Source of the DNA: Camelus dromedarius
Lineage: Eukaryota
Assembly: GCF_036321535.1 (NCBI RefSeq)
Contig: NC_087437.1
Location: 79,362,001-79,426,000 of the forward strand
Direction of reading: 5' to 3'
Length of the DNA: 64,000 nt
Position 1 is the stretch's first letter. Each line of letters starts with the position of its first letter. The position numbers and the translations under genes were made by a program. Shown piece by piece: positions 49,721 to 63,310 of the stretch. Under the pieces are notes generated by a model, which saw only the letters and a program-made list of their open reading frames with translations, ran no database searches and was not told the origin of the DNA.

Positions 49721-51074
49721 CTTTGTGGAGACGAGTTTTTGTTCAGCTGGAAATCATTAAAACAGATGCCTGCTGTATATAATGAGAAAGTTACTCACAG
49801 TTGTGTTGGCTACCCTTTGAAAATATAGGTCTTTAAAAGGCTAGAATGCAAGTATTCTGTGACCAAAATGTGTATGTGATGTCATATTATAAATGTGATG
49901 CCTTTGGCATATCATTATTGAACTATTGGCTTTAAGTTTCATTTTAATTTTATTAGTAGTGTGACAATGGATGTTCCTTGTGTTTAAAAAATCAAATTAT
50001 AAAAGTGGCTATTTTAACACAACCTTACTGTTGGAAAGCTGACTTTATTACCTGTTCATTTAAATTTTGGAAATTTTATTTATCTTTAGAACATTTCAGA
50101 ATGTGAGCACAGTACTTTTTAGAAAATCAATTTTAGCACATCAGAATTCTTAATTGTAATGTATTGCATCATTTCCATTATATTTCATTTCATCACACTT
50201 GCCATTATCACATTTAACTTCATCAGTGTCAAAACTACTTGAAAGTTCAGTTTATATAAAAGATACTAATGTACTCTTAACTTCTGATGAATAGAGTAAT
50301 AATCTAATGCACTCAGAAAAATGTTTTTTTCAAAGCTGCTATGAGTAATAGAAGTATTCTCTATGCTGTTGGGTCAAAAAGCTAGAAGCAGAGTGACACT
50401 GAAAAATAGAGCACCTATAAATAATGTGTGATGGTCTTACATTATCTTTTTATTTTGTCATTTCCAAGAACTGGATGAAGAAATAGGAATAATGTAAAAA
50501 TCAGTGTAACCATGTGGCCCTTATTTGTGAGCTAGACGTTGTTCATTAATTCAGTATGCTTACTGAGTGGCGGTTACAACAGGGGCTATTCAAGGGACTG
50601 TGGAATCAGCAGTGGCTGAGAGAGCAAGCTCTGATACATGTATAGCTCTCTGTTTTTAAACAAAATAAAAGTACTTACTGTACTTTTACATTAACTTTAC
50701 TGATGAGATGTCAAGTGGGGTAGCTTAACTTTGAGTGTCTTAACTTTTAGCACTTGACAGCAGATTCAACTGCTGTATCATCTTCCTAGCATATATAAAT
50801 ACACTTTTTTGTATATGAACAATTTAGAGGAGTGTATAAATATTTTCTTCTCTAAGGGTGTCAATAAAATTGAGGAACTAGAGTAGAACATGAAATATTT
50901 GGTTCAAATTTAGGCAAAGGATTATGCAAAGTTTCATTTATTAATTTGCCCATTTTGGTTGATTAGTGTGGCTCTTCTCAGCACTCTGTGTGCATGAGGC
51001 AATACTAGGTTTTTAGGAGTCTCAGCAACGTGAGGAACAGGTCTCTTTATTAGATCTAGATTGAAGGTTATATT

Positions 51075-51240
51075 ACGGTGTGTTGGTTTTTGGTTTTTCT
51101 GTGGTGAGCTTAAGCCAGATCTTACTAGCTTTGTGAGAAGCCAATTGTTATATTTTCCATGAATTTGAGACCTGTTTGTCCAACAATTGGTGGCTTAAAA
51201 TCTGACATACTGGAGTATTTTGTTACAGTGGAAGCATTTT
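51075..51240 (+). mobile_element. hAT MER63-like fragment
   Basis: gagaagccaattgttatattttc...ttggtggcttaaaatctgacatactggagtattt. Confidence 0.5.
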
Positions 51241-51245
51241 ATTAT

Positions 51246-51817
51246 TGTATTTGGAGTCCCCAATACCATCCCCACATTAAAAGATTTCCTAGAGTGATTC
51301 ATGGGATTTAAGATAGAGTTTTACTCTTAAAATATTTATTAAACAGATGGAGTAAAGGTAAACAGCAGGATCATTAGGGAAAGAGATGTAAGTAGCGAGG
51401 GGAGGAACCTGTGTGCAGGCCTCCTTATGCTCTCTCCCTCATTAGCTGTCACGTGGAGCACGCTCTTCCCTAGCAGTGGAAATGCAGCCACATGTGTGCT
51501 GTGTTTTTGCTGAGGGAAGCTGGCTAGAGACTCATGGGCTAGGTTTTTATTGGGAGCTGGTCACATAGGCACTCCCTGCCTCGCACATACCAAAGTTCAG
51601 ACTCCCAGGGGAAAAAAAAAAAAAAGCAGATACAATAGAAAGCACGTTGTTTTCACAAACACTTTAGACACCATATACGACCCCTAGCATTTTGGGGGTG
51701 GTAGGAATACTCTGAAAATCCAGGTTCCCAGACAACAGCCAAGAGTCAGTCTTGAAAGCAGGCCTTCTAGCCTAGCCTAGCAGCCCTGGGCCAGCTCTGT
51801 TAACCTTTTTCTGCACA
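51246..51817 (-). mobile_element. Complete ERVL solo LTR (MER77/MER21 family)
   Basis: TG...CA termini (tgtatttggagtccccaatacc ... ttaacctttttctgcaca); near-TSD ATTAT / ATTAA. Confidence 0.85.
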
Positions 51818-52019
51818 ATTAACTATTTCTAGTACCTTGGTTGTAAAAAAAAAAAAAAAATTGTATATGTTAGTAATAACAACCAAGTTTCTAACTATTG
51901 ATGTAGCTTAATTGGAATTACCAAGTTAGAGTCATTAATCAGATCTTATTAACCAGGTTATCCTTCTGCTCTCGACTCCAGTTCTGATGACTAGATCCCC
52001 TGCTCCTTCTCTGTGCTTG

Positions 52020-54620
52020 TCTCATTCTTTATCTCATGCATTTATTCCTTCAATAAAAATTCTCTGCTCTTTACACCATCAAAGTAATTCAAAATATACA
52101 GCAGCGCATACGACAAATTCCTTCTGTGTGGGGATTTACGCTGTGTTTGGTGAGGATGCAGGTATTGGGTATAGAGATTTTCAACTTGTGCTTAATACCA
52201 TGAAGAAAATACCTAAGGGGAATAGAGTGACAGAGTTGGATTTGAATTAGTTCATATGTTGTTTTTAAGGAAGGCCTCTCTGGACATTTGAACAGGGAAG
52301 GGAAAGATGTATGGGAGTAAATTGCACATACACCTAGAGGAAGTTCCCTCCGACAGAATTCCATGTGCCAGAGGCAGAAACTGATGGAAGAGAGGCAAGG
52401 AGGTCAACATGGCTCATGTAGAATAAACAAGGTATAGATTTAGTTAACAGGTAACATCAGAGAAGTGGGGGAAAAATAGAAAACATATTTTAGGGATTTG
52501 TAGCTCTGTTAGTATCTTTAAATTTTCCCTGCATGAGAAGAATCCTGATTTTTGTGAGAAAAGAATTGATAGGCTCTTACGTACATTTAAAAAGTAAGAG
52601 CAAATAATAAGTTTAAAGGTGAAGATGGAATATTAGGAGACAATATACGAAGACAACATTAGGAGCATATTGCAATAATACAGAGCAAAAGATGTTGAGG
52701 ATCAGAACAGTAGCAGTGAGTGGAAATGGTCAGAAGAGTTGTGCTGGGTACATTTTGACTTCAGAGCCAATGCAAAAAGAATAGGACAAAGAGAATCTTT
52801 TTGGATGATACTTTCAAGGGACTTTTAGATTTTTGGTTGAAGTAACTAGGAGAAAGATATTGATACTGATTGAAATGAGGAAAACTGAGAAAGAAAATTG
52901 CTTTGGGGTGACCAAGAATTTATATTTGGATGTGTTATGCTTAGGGTACATATCTGATGACCAAGTGGAGATGTTGAGTAAACTGGGATATAAGAGTGAA
53001 GATGGGTGGAGGTGAGGGTGTGGAGATCTAAACTTGGGAGTCATCAAATTAAAGATGACATTTAAAGCTATGGGGATGGAAGATACACAAAATGTAGTTA
53101 GAAAAAGAGTTACAAGGACAAACAAAGCCATGGGGCATTCTTATTGGTACAAGAGTGGAAGGTGAGAACTACCTGTAGTGGAAACCGAAAGAAATAGTCA
53201 TTGAAGTAAGAGAACCAAGAGCAAGTGATGTCTAGAGTCAGTGTGAAGAAAGTCCTTCAAGAAGAAGTGATCAGTATTGTCAAATGTTGCTGATTGTTTG
53301 CATTAGGTGAAGTTCAGAATTAACCGTTCCTGATGTTGGCAAAAGCAAATGATATATATATATTATACTACTGACATAAATTAGTGTGGGTTCAAGAGAG
53401 AATAGGAAGAATGTAAAGATGGACTCTAAATGCATTTTGTAGCTGCAGGGAGACTTGGGGGTCAGGAGGATTTTTTATAGTTACTAATACAGTATGTATG
53501 ATTATGACAGACTGTTCGAGAGAGAGAAAAAGATGATTAACAATAAAAGAAAATAATATCATAAGTGAGATAGGATGGAATCCAGTGCATAATTGGACAG
53601 GAAAACTGATACACAGCAACAGCAGGAGAGGAGGTAGAGTGCATGCGAGTCAAAGCAGGTGGGCTGGTGGAGGTGGTGTCAGTGTTTCTGAATGCTTCTG
53701 TTTGTCAGTGAACTATTTACAAGCTGAAGAGCTGAAAATAGGGAGTGCCTTGAGGGCAGGGTGGTCAGAGAGTTTTTGTTAAGTATTGGAGAAAGGAAAT
53801 GGTTGTGGGTCTGAATGACTAAGGAAATACAATAGGATTGAAAATACAATAGAATTGAAACTATGGACAGATTCTGAGATATGTGGTCAGGAATATTGAG
53901 TTAGTGAGTCAGTTCAGGTCCTTCAAGAGCAGATAGCAAGTGTGGGATTGGATATGTAAGACATTTATTGGGCAAAATGCCTGAAAAGGGTAAAAGAGAG
54001 GGTTAAGCATAGGTGAGAAGAGCATTTAGACTGTGATGCCGGTCTGACACCCATGAAATGAGGAGGAAAATCGGGTAAGAGCTCAGACTGCAGTGCAGAT
54101 CTGACGGTGTCTTGGCCGGGCCAATGTGAGGTCCCCCAGCAAAGGCTGACTGTTGGCGGGGTCCCACGTTGGGCAGAAACAGCCCCACTGTAGTAGTCTT
54201 GTCCTACCTGGCCACTGGCTGGGAGAAGGCTAAGGGAAGCCCAGCTTTGGCAGGAGCCTGGTAGAGGCCCTGCAGGTGCTGGAGGCAGAGGCTTCAGTCC
54301 ATGTGCTCAGGGCAGCAGGCTCTCCTGAGGGAGAGCTGAGATGTGTGCGCACGTCCATGGCTGACACATTCCACTTGGTTGTATGTTTCACTCCAGGGTG
54401 TTTAGCGTCTCCGATGTATTTGAGGAAGGAAATAGAATGCTGTATTTAAACAAATTTGAGAATTTCCAGGGTGGTAATGTGAAGGGGAAGAAGGATAAGC
54501 AAACTGAAGCATAACTATGCAGTTAAAAGAGGAAAAGAATCTAAGCTGGTTATGGGAATGAGTACCTGAGGGGGCTGTGGTTCTAGCCATGCAGACAAGG
54601 AGCCCAAGTGTCTTTAGTGA
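52020..54620 (-). mobile_element. Long L2 LINE relic interrupted by LTR16
   Basis: Reversed L2 tail (cattctttatctcatgcatttattc) and motifs ggaaggcctctctg, tttggatgtgtt...caagtggagatgttgagta, gggagtcatca. Confidence 0.8.
53905..54368 (-). mobile_element. ERVL LTR16-family solo LTR
   Basis: tgagtcagttcaggtcc...atttattggg...ggtctgacacc...cagactgcagtgcag...cccacgttgggcagaaa...catggctgacaca. Confidence 0.85.
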
Positions 54621-55139
54621 GGTACACATCCTTAACTCCTTAATTGTTTGCAAGTTTCTAAGTATAAAAGTATAAAAGACTTAAAATTACATATACATAT
54701 GTATACATAGAGAAACAATTTCAAAAGTTATTAATTTAAGTGTATACATATGACTTAGATATAAGAGGAGAGAGAAGAATTTACCTCCTGGGTAGGTTTC
54801 AATTCCTATGTGTTTCTTTAGTCTTAACTGCACTGAGTTGGATTTTAATTTTATCTATCTGTTGTAGCATGGGCCTCAAATTCCAATGAACTACTTCATC
54901 ATGTGCTCAGATCAAGAGGAAACTGAATGCATTGAACTTGTTATGATGGGGGATGATATGATACCAAGTTCTAACTGCAAGTCTGGAATTTATTTCCATT
55001 TGTCCTGCATCTGTCCCCTCTGTTCTTTTCCTACTTTGATGGGCAAGTCTAGTTTCACATCTGAACCTTCTTCAATATATCTTATCCTGCTCCCATTGAA
55101 AAAGCCATGCCTGGCTGTGTCAGATAATAAGTGAATAAT

Positions 55140-55340
55140 AATAATTAATATAACTGTCACCAGTAAATGCCAGGAAGTAAGTCCTGTTCTGAGAGCCTTA
55201 AGAAATATTCAGCCAATCCTCATAACACTATATTTTATTATTATTATCCCTATTTGCAGATGAAAAAATGAAGCCTGGGTAGTGTAACTTGCCTCTATTT
55301 ATGCAATAAGTTGTGGAGCCACAGAGAAACCAAGCTGAAT
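55140..55340 (-). mobile_element. MIR SINE
   Basis: aatcctcataacac...ttattatccctatttgcagatgaaaaaatgaagc...taacttgcc. Confidence 0.8.
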
Positions 55341-57361
55341 TCAAATTTTCCTTTTAATTATTATCTTATAACCTTAGTGCTACACACTAAACACATCAAT
55401 TTATAAATGTTTCATGGCCCATATTTTCAGTACCTTCATAGATTTATCTCCTTTTGAAATTCTCCATGTTAATACAGAAAGAAACAGCACTGTCTACTGA
55501 CAGAAAAAATAACAACAATTATATGTCCATACAAGGCCATCATTAGGTATTTGATTTCTTTCAGACCCTGAACACATGGCTTACTACTTAGATGTCTTGA
55601 TGCTTCAGGGTAACTATTTTTGTTTATGACTATAATCATAACTGTCAAACAGAAGTGTATGTAATTTTTTTCCTTATAGATTCAAGTCCTATTTTCATTA
55701 GAATTATTGCTATAGGGCTTGAGGCTTTTCAGATCATAAAGCTGGTCTCCTAAATCAGAAACAGAAAGGACTCTTCTACAGGATTATGCATGCTTCCAGA
55801 TGTGTATGACACAATAAAGCAATATTCTTGTTAAAGATGACTTTTACCCATTTCTCTCTTTCTTGGTCTCAGACTTATACTTTCCAAAACTATATTGGAA
55901 AATTAATTACAAGTATATTGGGAAATTAATTGCTTAAAATAACAATACTTAAAAAGCAAGTCGAAACTTTAGTAAAGTTAAAGACAATAAATGATATTTT
56001 TTCACTGCTGAAGTAAACCAGTTATGTCAGAGACATTGTTCTGTTTCTTTAACACTTTTCTATCCATTAATTGTAGCATCTGTTTCTGAATGTTGTAAAG
56101 AAATAGGTTACAGCATTTAAGTTAAAGATTTCACTTTAAGAATTTTATTTCATAGAATTAGTCTTTAGTTGCTTTGCCTCAGTCTTTGCAGCAATTGAGT
56201 TTATTTTGTTCCATACAGAATTCCCCCCCTCCCACTGTGGTGAATGTTACATAAAAGTATTAATTTCATTGGCAAATTATTGTAAAATTAAAGATGTCAC
56301 ATTAATTTTTCTGTTATATAGGAATTAATAAAACAATTTAATTGAATCATGTCTGAAATAATTGAGGAATTAGTTTTTCAGGAAACATAAAAACTTTAAA
56401 CTTGGTAAGTATGTATATTATAAAAATATTTTCTATTTTTAAAACATTCTTGAATTTGATATGAATAGTCTAGGTATGGATAATAACAAAAGAAAAATAA
56501 TGCTTTCATTTCTGTATTCTATGTTCCTTACATATCATGCAACAAATTTTGAACTGGTAAACCAAGGGAAAGGAAGACAGAAATAGTTATTCGTGTAATA
56601 TAGTAGCGCTCAAAACGAACCATCCTATTGGGAAGATAGTTTTCCTCCCTGTAGGCAATTAATTATATAAAGGTTTTCCCCTTATCGTCTTTCCTATGCG
56701 TTTCTTTCTGTATATTGTTATTATCATGTTAGTTCAGAATTTGAAAATTTTACATTTATATAATTGCAGTAAGTTGATAATTATATTTGCTGCCACCAAA
56801 CTCTTGCCATTTTCAAACTGGTTTCAGGTGGATATTTTAGAAACATCACTTTCTGTTGGTTGTGCCTCTTTAAAATTCCTCACCCCTAGTTCCCACTCAG
56901 GCTCACTTGATTGCCTCTGCAGTGAGGCCGGCTTCTCTATGGGAACCACGAATGTTCCGATCAGTTGTGTTATTATTGCTTACGCTGTCCCGCAGATAAG
57001 CCAGATGCTGCCTTTCCTCTATGTCCAGCACCGAATCCATTTCCTCCTTCAATCTCACTCACTTGATTTGTCTCTGTTTGATTTTCTTTTCTGTGTGTAC
57101 TGTATCATCTCAGACTGGTCTCTGGCTTATAGTGTTTTCTAGTTGCTTCATGTACCGTATTATTTCTCCAAGTAGGTTATTCATTTTAGAATATTACTGT
57201 ATTCTCTACCAAGACTTGTTGAACACTAAAAAAAAAAGATATCTTAAGTAATCATAAAACATTCTAATACATGGTCTACCACAGTAATAAGATTTGTCAA
57301 AATACAGTAGCATGTAGTGTAAGACAATAAATGATTAAATGTTTAATAAGGTGTTGACAAC

Positions 57362-58690
57362 TTTTTTTTTATTAAAGTCTAGTTGATTTACAAAATTAGT
57401 TTGAGGTGGACAACATAGTGATTCAATATTTTTACAGATCACACTCCGTTAAAATTATTACAAGTTATTGGCTATAATTCCCTGTGCTATACAATATATT
57501 CTTGTTACTTATCTATTTTATATATAGTAGTTTGGTTCTCTTGATGCCATACCCCTAACTAGCCCTTCCCTTTTCCCTTTCCCCTTTGGTAACCACTAGT
57601 TTTCTATATCTGTGAGTTTTCTTATGTTTTGCATGTATAGTCACTTGTAGTATTTCTTGGATTCCATATATAAGTGATATCATAGTATTTTTCTTTCTTT
57701 GATTTATTTCACTAAGCATAGTATTACCTAGGTCCTTCCATGTTGCTGCAAATGGCATTGTTTTATTTTTTATGGCCGAGTAATATTCCATTGTATATAC
57801 ATACAGCATCTTCTTTATCCCTTCATCTGTTGATGGGCACTTGGGTTGTTCCCATATCTGGCTGTTGTAAATAGTGCTACTATGAACATTGGGGTGGATG
57901 TATCTTTTAGAATTAGAGTCTTCACTTTTTCCAGATATATACCCAGGAGTGGAATTGCTGGATTATATGATAGTTCTATTTTTAGTTTTTTTTTTAAAGA
58001 AACCTCCATATAGTTTTCTACAGTGGTTGCACCAATTTACATTCCCATCAGCAGTGTATAGGGATTCCCTTTTCTCCACATTCTCTCCAACATCTGTTGT
58101 TTGTAGACTTCTTGATGATAGCTACCTGACAAGTGTGAGATGGTATCTCATGATGGTTTTAATTTGCATTTTTTGGTTAGCAACTTTGAGCATCTTTTCA
58201 TGTGCCTGTTGGCCATCTGTGTGTCTTCTTTGTGAAAATGTCTATTCAGGTCTTCTGCCCATTTTTTCTTTGGATTATTTGCTTTGTGATAGAGTTGTAT
58301 GACCTTTTTATATATTTTAGATACTAACCCCTTGTCAGTCATATCGTTTGTAAATATTTTCTCCTGTTCGTAGGTTGTCTTTTCATTTTGTTGATGGTTT
58401 CCTTTGCTTTGCAAAAGTTTTTAATTTTAATTAGGTCCTGTTTATTTATGCTTTTATTTAATTATTTTTTGCCTTAGGATGTCAGAGTGTTTGGTCTATG
58501 TTCTCTTCTAGGAATTTTATGGTTTCAGTTCTTATATTTAGGTCTTAAATCCATTTTGAGTTTGTTTTTGCATATGGTGTGATGAAATATTCTAATCTTA
58601 TTCTTTGACATGTATCCGTCCTCTTCCCAGCACCACATATTGAACAGACTGTCTTTTCTCCATTGTATATTCTTGCCTCCTTTGCCTCAT
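57362..58690 (-). mobile_element. Lineage-specific L1, 5'-truncated, about 1.3 kb, more diverged subfamily
   Basis: Poly(T) and 3'UTR; ORF2 C-terminal frames (YTMEYYSAIK...[16 protein letters not shown]). Confidence 0.92.
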
Positions 58691-60764
58691 AATTTTTTAA
58701 AGACCATCTCATTATAGATTAATATACCTGAATTTAGCTACATCTTATTCTTACATTTATTCCAAGTAAAATGTAGCAAGCTAGATTGTATCCTAAATTA
58801 AGCCTTCAAAATTGATGACTAACTTCAAACATCACATGTCCAAAATCTCATATGCTGAGTAAAATATTTTTCAACAGTAATTCTTAATTTATTATGTTAA
58901 TCAAATAAGAAACCAACTCTCTGCTTTTGCTTCTTAATTTTTTGTTTTATATACAATTTTAAGAACCTGATGAGTTGTAGACCTGCCTAATATTTCCTGC
59001 TTTCTATGTACAATGTACATAAAGACACAATATTTTCATGCCATTTGCTTTGGTTTGTACTGAAAATAGATTTACTTTCCCAAAAATGTAGGGTCAATTA
59101 AAAAAAAATATTGCCATACTCCAAGTTTTTAAATGAAAATAAGGGCTTCCTTAAAAAAAAAAAAAGACAAAAATGCAAATTGGGCAAGTAAAACTCAAAA
59201 GAGGCAAGTTAATTCTGCTTAAAAATATATTTAAATGAGTAAGATACTGGTATTTGGCTTGAATAAGAAGTTGGCATTTTCAATTTGAGTTTGACATGGC
59301 AAAGCTCATGTCATCTTTAATAAGCAATTGCTCTTTTTAACTTTTCATTTTGATGATGATAAAAGTAGGGATATGATTCACAGAGGTTTGTAGAAGCACA
59401 TCAGATAAATTCCTGTAGCTCATGTTGCCAAGCATGGGTTAGCCTGTGTCAAGGAATTCTTGATTTTCTGCCAAGGCTAAGTCAGTTTCATGGTAGATTA
59501 TTTCTTTTCAAATAAATGAGGTCAAATTTTTTTGCAATGTGGCATTCATCATGTTATCTTAGCGAGAAAATATTTAAATCTATGCTTTAATGTTTAAATG
59601 TTATGAGAGTTAAGTTTCAAAAGGCCTGTAGTGTTTTCTGCTGCTTGCAGACTTACACCTATTAAGAAACGTACAGTCTTTCTGATTCCTGATGTCAACC
59701 TAGAGAAATACTTCCCCCAGTCCTGTAGAGGTCAAATGATAAAAAACAAAAGTTTTAAAAATAGAAACGGCATCTAAGAAACTGCTGTTTGCACAAAGTT
59801 TGCACAAAGGAGGTTTATATACTTCATAAGCCTGAAAAAAAATACCAGAAGTTGAAATTCATTTTATTTTTCCTAAAGAGCTGAATGTGAGTTTATAAAT
59901 ACTTAAATTTCTGTACAAAGAGGTAATTTCCTCCATTATTTTCAAGTAAGTGCACTTTACTTTGTAGTTTGGATAATAGAAAAACAGTCTTCAGATAGAT
60001 GTTAACAACATACAAAGGCAATACTGCTTTTACTGATAGCACCTGTTTTTCTTTTAGGGAGAAATTCCTATCTCATCTCATCTGTTTGGTCGTGTCCCAT
60101 TAATAGAAAGCATCTTGCTTACTTGAGCTTTCAAGAAATTAAAACATAAGAAATACGACAGATAAAACAATCACGATTATTAGTGATAAAGTGGATATTG
60201 GAAATCTCTGGTCTAGTGGGTTTACTGATGCTGGAAGACTTAGTCACCAGGGGCCACAGACCACTGTAGGTGCACCCACCAAGGAGGGACATCACTTGAC
60301 TGGGAACAGTTGACAGCACATGCATCATAAAGGCAGATGATTTCCCAGAGAAAGAACCATGGCAAAGTTTCTTCAGTTTCTCATCCCAACCAAATCAATA
60401 AACTAGATAACTCCTCCTTTCTGAATAGAAATAATTAATGGAGCTGAGTAAGGCCAGGACTTTTATACTATTAAAAATTTCTGTTCATACAGAAGAAAAC
60501 ATCATAAGGCAAAAGCATTCCCCAAATCACCCTATATTAATATCTTGTGGTTAGGTGAGTAGTAAATTCAAATTATTTTTACAAATACAATTTATTTAGT
60601 GCCCAGTAACATCTCTGGAGGATATGGAAAATTCACGTAAACAAGTGACAAGATAGGTAGTGGAAGTCAATCCATGTAGGGCTCCTTGAGAGAGTGAAAG
60701 TGCGAGTGGGGCCATTAACTCAATTCTTGTGGGCAAAAATACCAACAGAATTTTTCTGACAATT

Positions 60765-60892
60765 GCACATTTGAAGTATGGCTAATGTAATTGAAAGACT
60801 GAAATTTTAATTTTATTTAGTTTTTATTTTAAAAGTGAAAAAAAGAAAAGCACACATAGGTAGTAGCTACCATATTAGATAATGGAATTCTA
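60765..60892. mobile_element. hAT-Charlie MER3/MER33-like fragment
   Basis: gcacatttgaagtatggctaatgtaattgaaagactgaaattttaattttattt...gtagctaccatattaga. Confidence 0.7.
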
Positions 60893-61573
60893 TAATCTTT
60901 CCAAGAATAAAAGGAATTCTTAGCCAAAATATATCGTGATTAATGCAGAGATACATAATTTAGGTCAAGGGCCAGAGGCTGATAAAGAGAAGGGTTCTTA
61001 CAGCCTTCCTTGACTGTAATGTAGTGTTGACCTGGTTGAAGGTCTGGCTAGTGAGGTTCAGGTGACAGGCTCTCAGAAGCTTCCTGAATAACCTATTAGA
61101 AATAGGTTAAGAGAGTTTCGGAAGAACTTAAGAAATACTTAAGTTCATAATATGTGGCTGTATACTAGATCAGTATTAGAAAATTATGCATATTTCAAGG
61201 GAAGTGGGGTGAGGGGGAATGAAAACAGGCCTCAGCCAGATGAAGAGTTCATTCTTAGGACAAGTATGGAGAAGATGGGATCTCATATTTATTGATAAGA
61301 GTTCATGTGTGTCTGTGGGCTCTCTGAGACTTCCTACTTGATCCACTCCAGAGTGGTATTTTTGGGGCTAAATTTAACTTAAAACCATGTTCCCCTTGTC
61401 CCCTATACCTGCCCTACCTGTGTGTAGACTAGAATAATGGAGAAAGTAGGTTTTTAAGAGAAAGAGTAAGTCTCAGCAGGATTTTCTTCCCCAAGTTAGG
61501 ACATTTGTAAGGCCTGCCTTTGGTTCAATGAGAAATAAGTATACATACCTTCTTAATAGGCTTACATTTTTTT

Positions 61574-62580
61574 AAATATATTTTTATTGAAGTACTGTCA
61601 GTTTACAATGTTGTGTCAACTTCTGGTGTACAGCATAGTGCTTCAGTCACATAGGAACATACATACATTCACTCTCATATTCTTTACCATAGGTTACTAC
61701 AAGATATTGAATATGGTTCCCTGTGCTATACAGTATAAACTTATTTCTTATCTATTTTATATATATATATTAGTATCTACAAATCTCAAACTCCTAGTTT
61801 ATCCTTTCCAACCCCTTTCCCCCACTGGTTACTGTAAGTTTCTTTTCTATGTTTGTGAGTCTGTTTCTGTTTTGTAAATAAGTTTGTCTTTTTTTTTTTT
61901 TTTCTTAGAGTCCACATATAAGTGATATCATATGGTATTTTTCTTTCTCTTTCTGGCTTATTTCACTTAAAATGACATTCTCCAGGTTCATCCATGTTGC
62001 TGCAAATGGCATTATTTTATTATTTTTTATGGCTGAGTAGTATTTCATTATATAAATATTCCACATCGTCTTTATCTAGTCATCTGTCGATGGACATTTA
62101 GGTTGTTTCCATGTCTTGGCTATTGTAAATAGTGCTTCTATGGACACTGGGGTGCATGTATCTTTTCAAATTAGAGTTCCCCCTGGATATATACCCAGGA
62201 GTGGGATTGCTGGATCATATGGTAAGTCTATTTTTAGTTTTTTGAGAAATCTCCACACTGTTTTCCATAATGGCTGCACCAAACTACATTCCCACCAACA
62301 GTGTAGGAGGATTCCCTCTTCTCCACACCCTCTCCAGTATTTATCGTTTGTGGACTTTTTAATGATGGCCATTCTGACTGGTATGAGGTGATATCTCATT
62401 GTAGTTTTGACTTGCATTTGTCTTGTAATTAGTGATATTGAGCATTTTTTTCATGTGCCTATTGGCCATTCTTACGTCTTCATTGGAGAATTGCTTGTTT
62501 AGGTCTTTTGCCCATTTTTGGATTGGGTTGTTTCTTTCTTATTAAGTTGTGGGAGCTGTTTATATATTCTGGAGATTAAG
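61574..62580 (-). mobile_element. Lineage-specific L1, about 1 kb, 5'-truncated, with about 18-bp TSD
   Basis: TSD aataggctta(c/t)atttttt at 61555 and 62581; ORF 62166..62417 is the ORF2 CCHC region. Confidence 0.95.
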
Positions 62581-62879
62581 AATAGGCTTATATTTTTTAT
62601 TTAAGCTGTCCCTATGAGTTTCTGTTGCTAGAAAAAAAATCTAATGAATGAAATGAATTACTCTATTAACTCCTGTTTGTAATGTTCTTCCTGTAATTCT
62701 CCAGATGGTGGAATTCTGTTTGTTTATTTTTTTTAAGGACCATCATTACATACTTCTTGTGAGGGCTTCTTCAGGCCACAACATTGCTGTCCTCCCCCCG
62801 CCCATGTGAATCACTCTGTTACCTAATTTATAACAGCCCTTTGTTTACCTCTGGAGAACTTCCTTAAAATTCTCTCAGT

Positions 62880-63310
62880 CCACAGATTTACTGATTATCT
62901 ACTATGAGCCTGATTTCATGCTAGGTATTAAAGGGGTAGAAATGTAAGTATAATGTGATACAATCTAGTAGAGATTTGTCGTTGGTGTTGTGAAGCCTTA
63001 GAAGAGGGACTAATGAATTCTGTCCTGGGGAAATCAGAAAGGCCCCTGGCAAAATGTTACGTCTGAACTAACTAAAGAAAGGAGAGTAGGAGGTACCCAA
63101 GCAGACGAGATAATACAGACAGGGACTGGACAGTCAAAGAATATAACAATTGAAAAGAAATAAAGGACTGGAAAACCTCCCCAGACCATTGAGGAATTCG
63201 GAATACTGGCCTGTGTGCAATGTGGAGGTGAGAGGAACACAGGGGAGAAGGTCAGCCATAGGTTAGAGGAGCATGTGGGGCTCACTTTATGAAAATCCTC
63301 GAATGTCTCA
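62880..63310 (-). mobile_element. L2 LINE relic
   Basis: atttactgattatctactatgagcc...ctaggt...ggggaaatcagaaaggc...ggagaaggtcagcc. Confidence 0.6.

Noticed and set aside
56696..57142. 148-aa hydrophobic ORF
   Set aside because: Composition follows T-rich DNA; no recognisable family; only an exon-scale signal nearby was kept as a finding
14861..59811. Scattered short tandem duplications (14861, 18392, 36962, 39228, 53826, 55891, 59788) as a CRISPR-like or functional array
   Set aside because: Unrelated two-copy units without spacers; ordinary slippage or repair micro-duplications in mammalian DNA
59640..60330. Splice-like sites and short open frames on both strands
   Set aside because: No consistent acceptor-donor pair with a recognisable peptide
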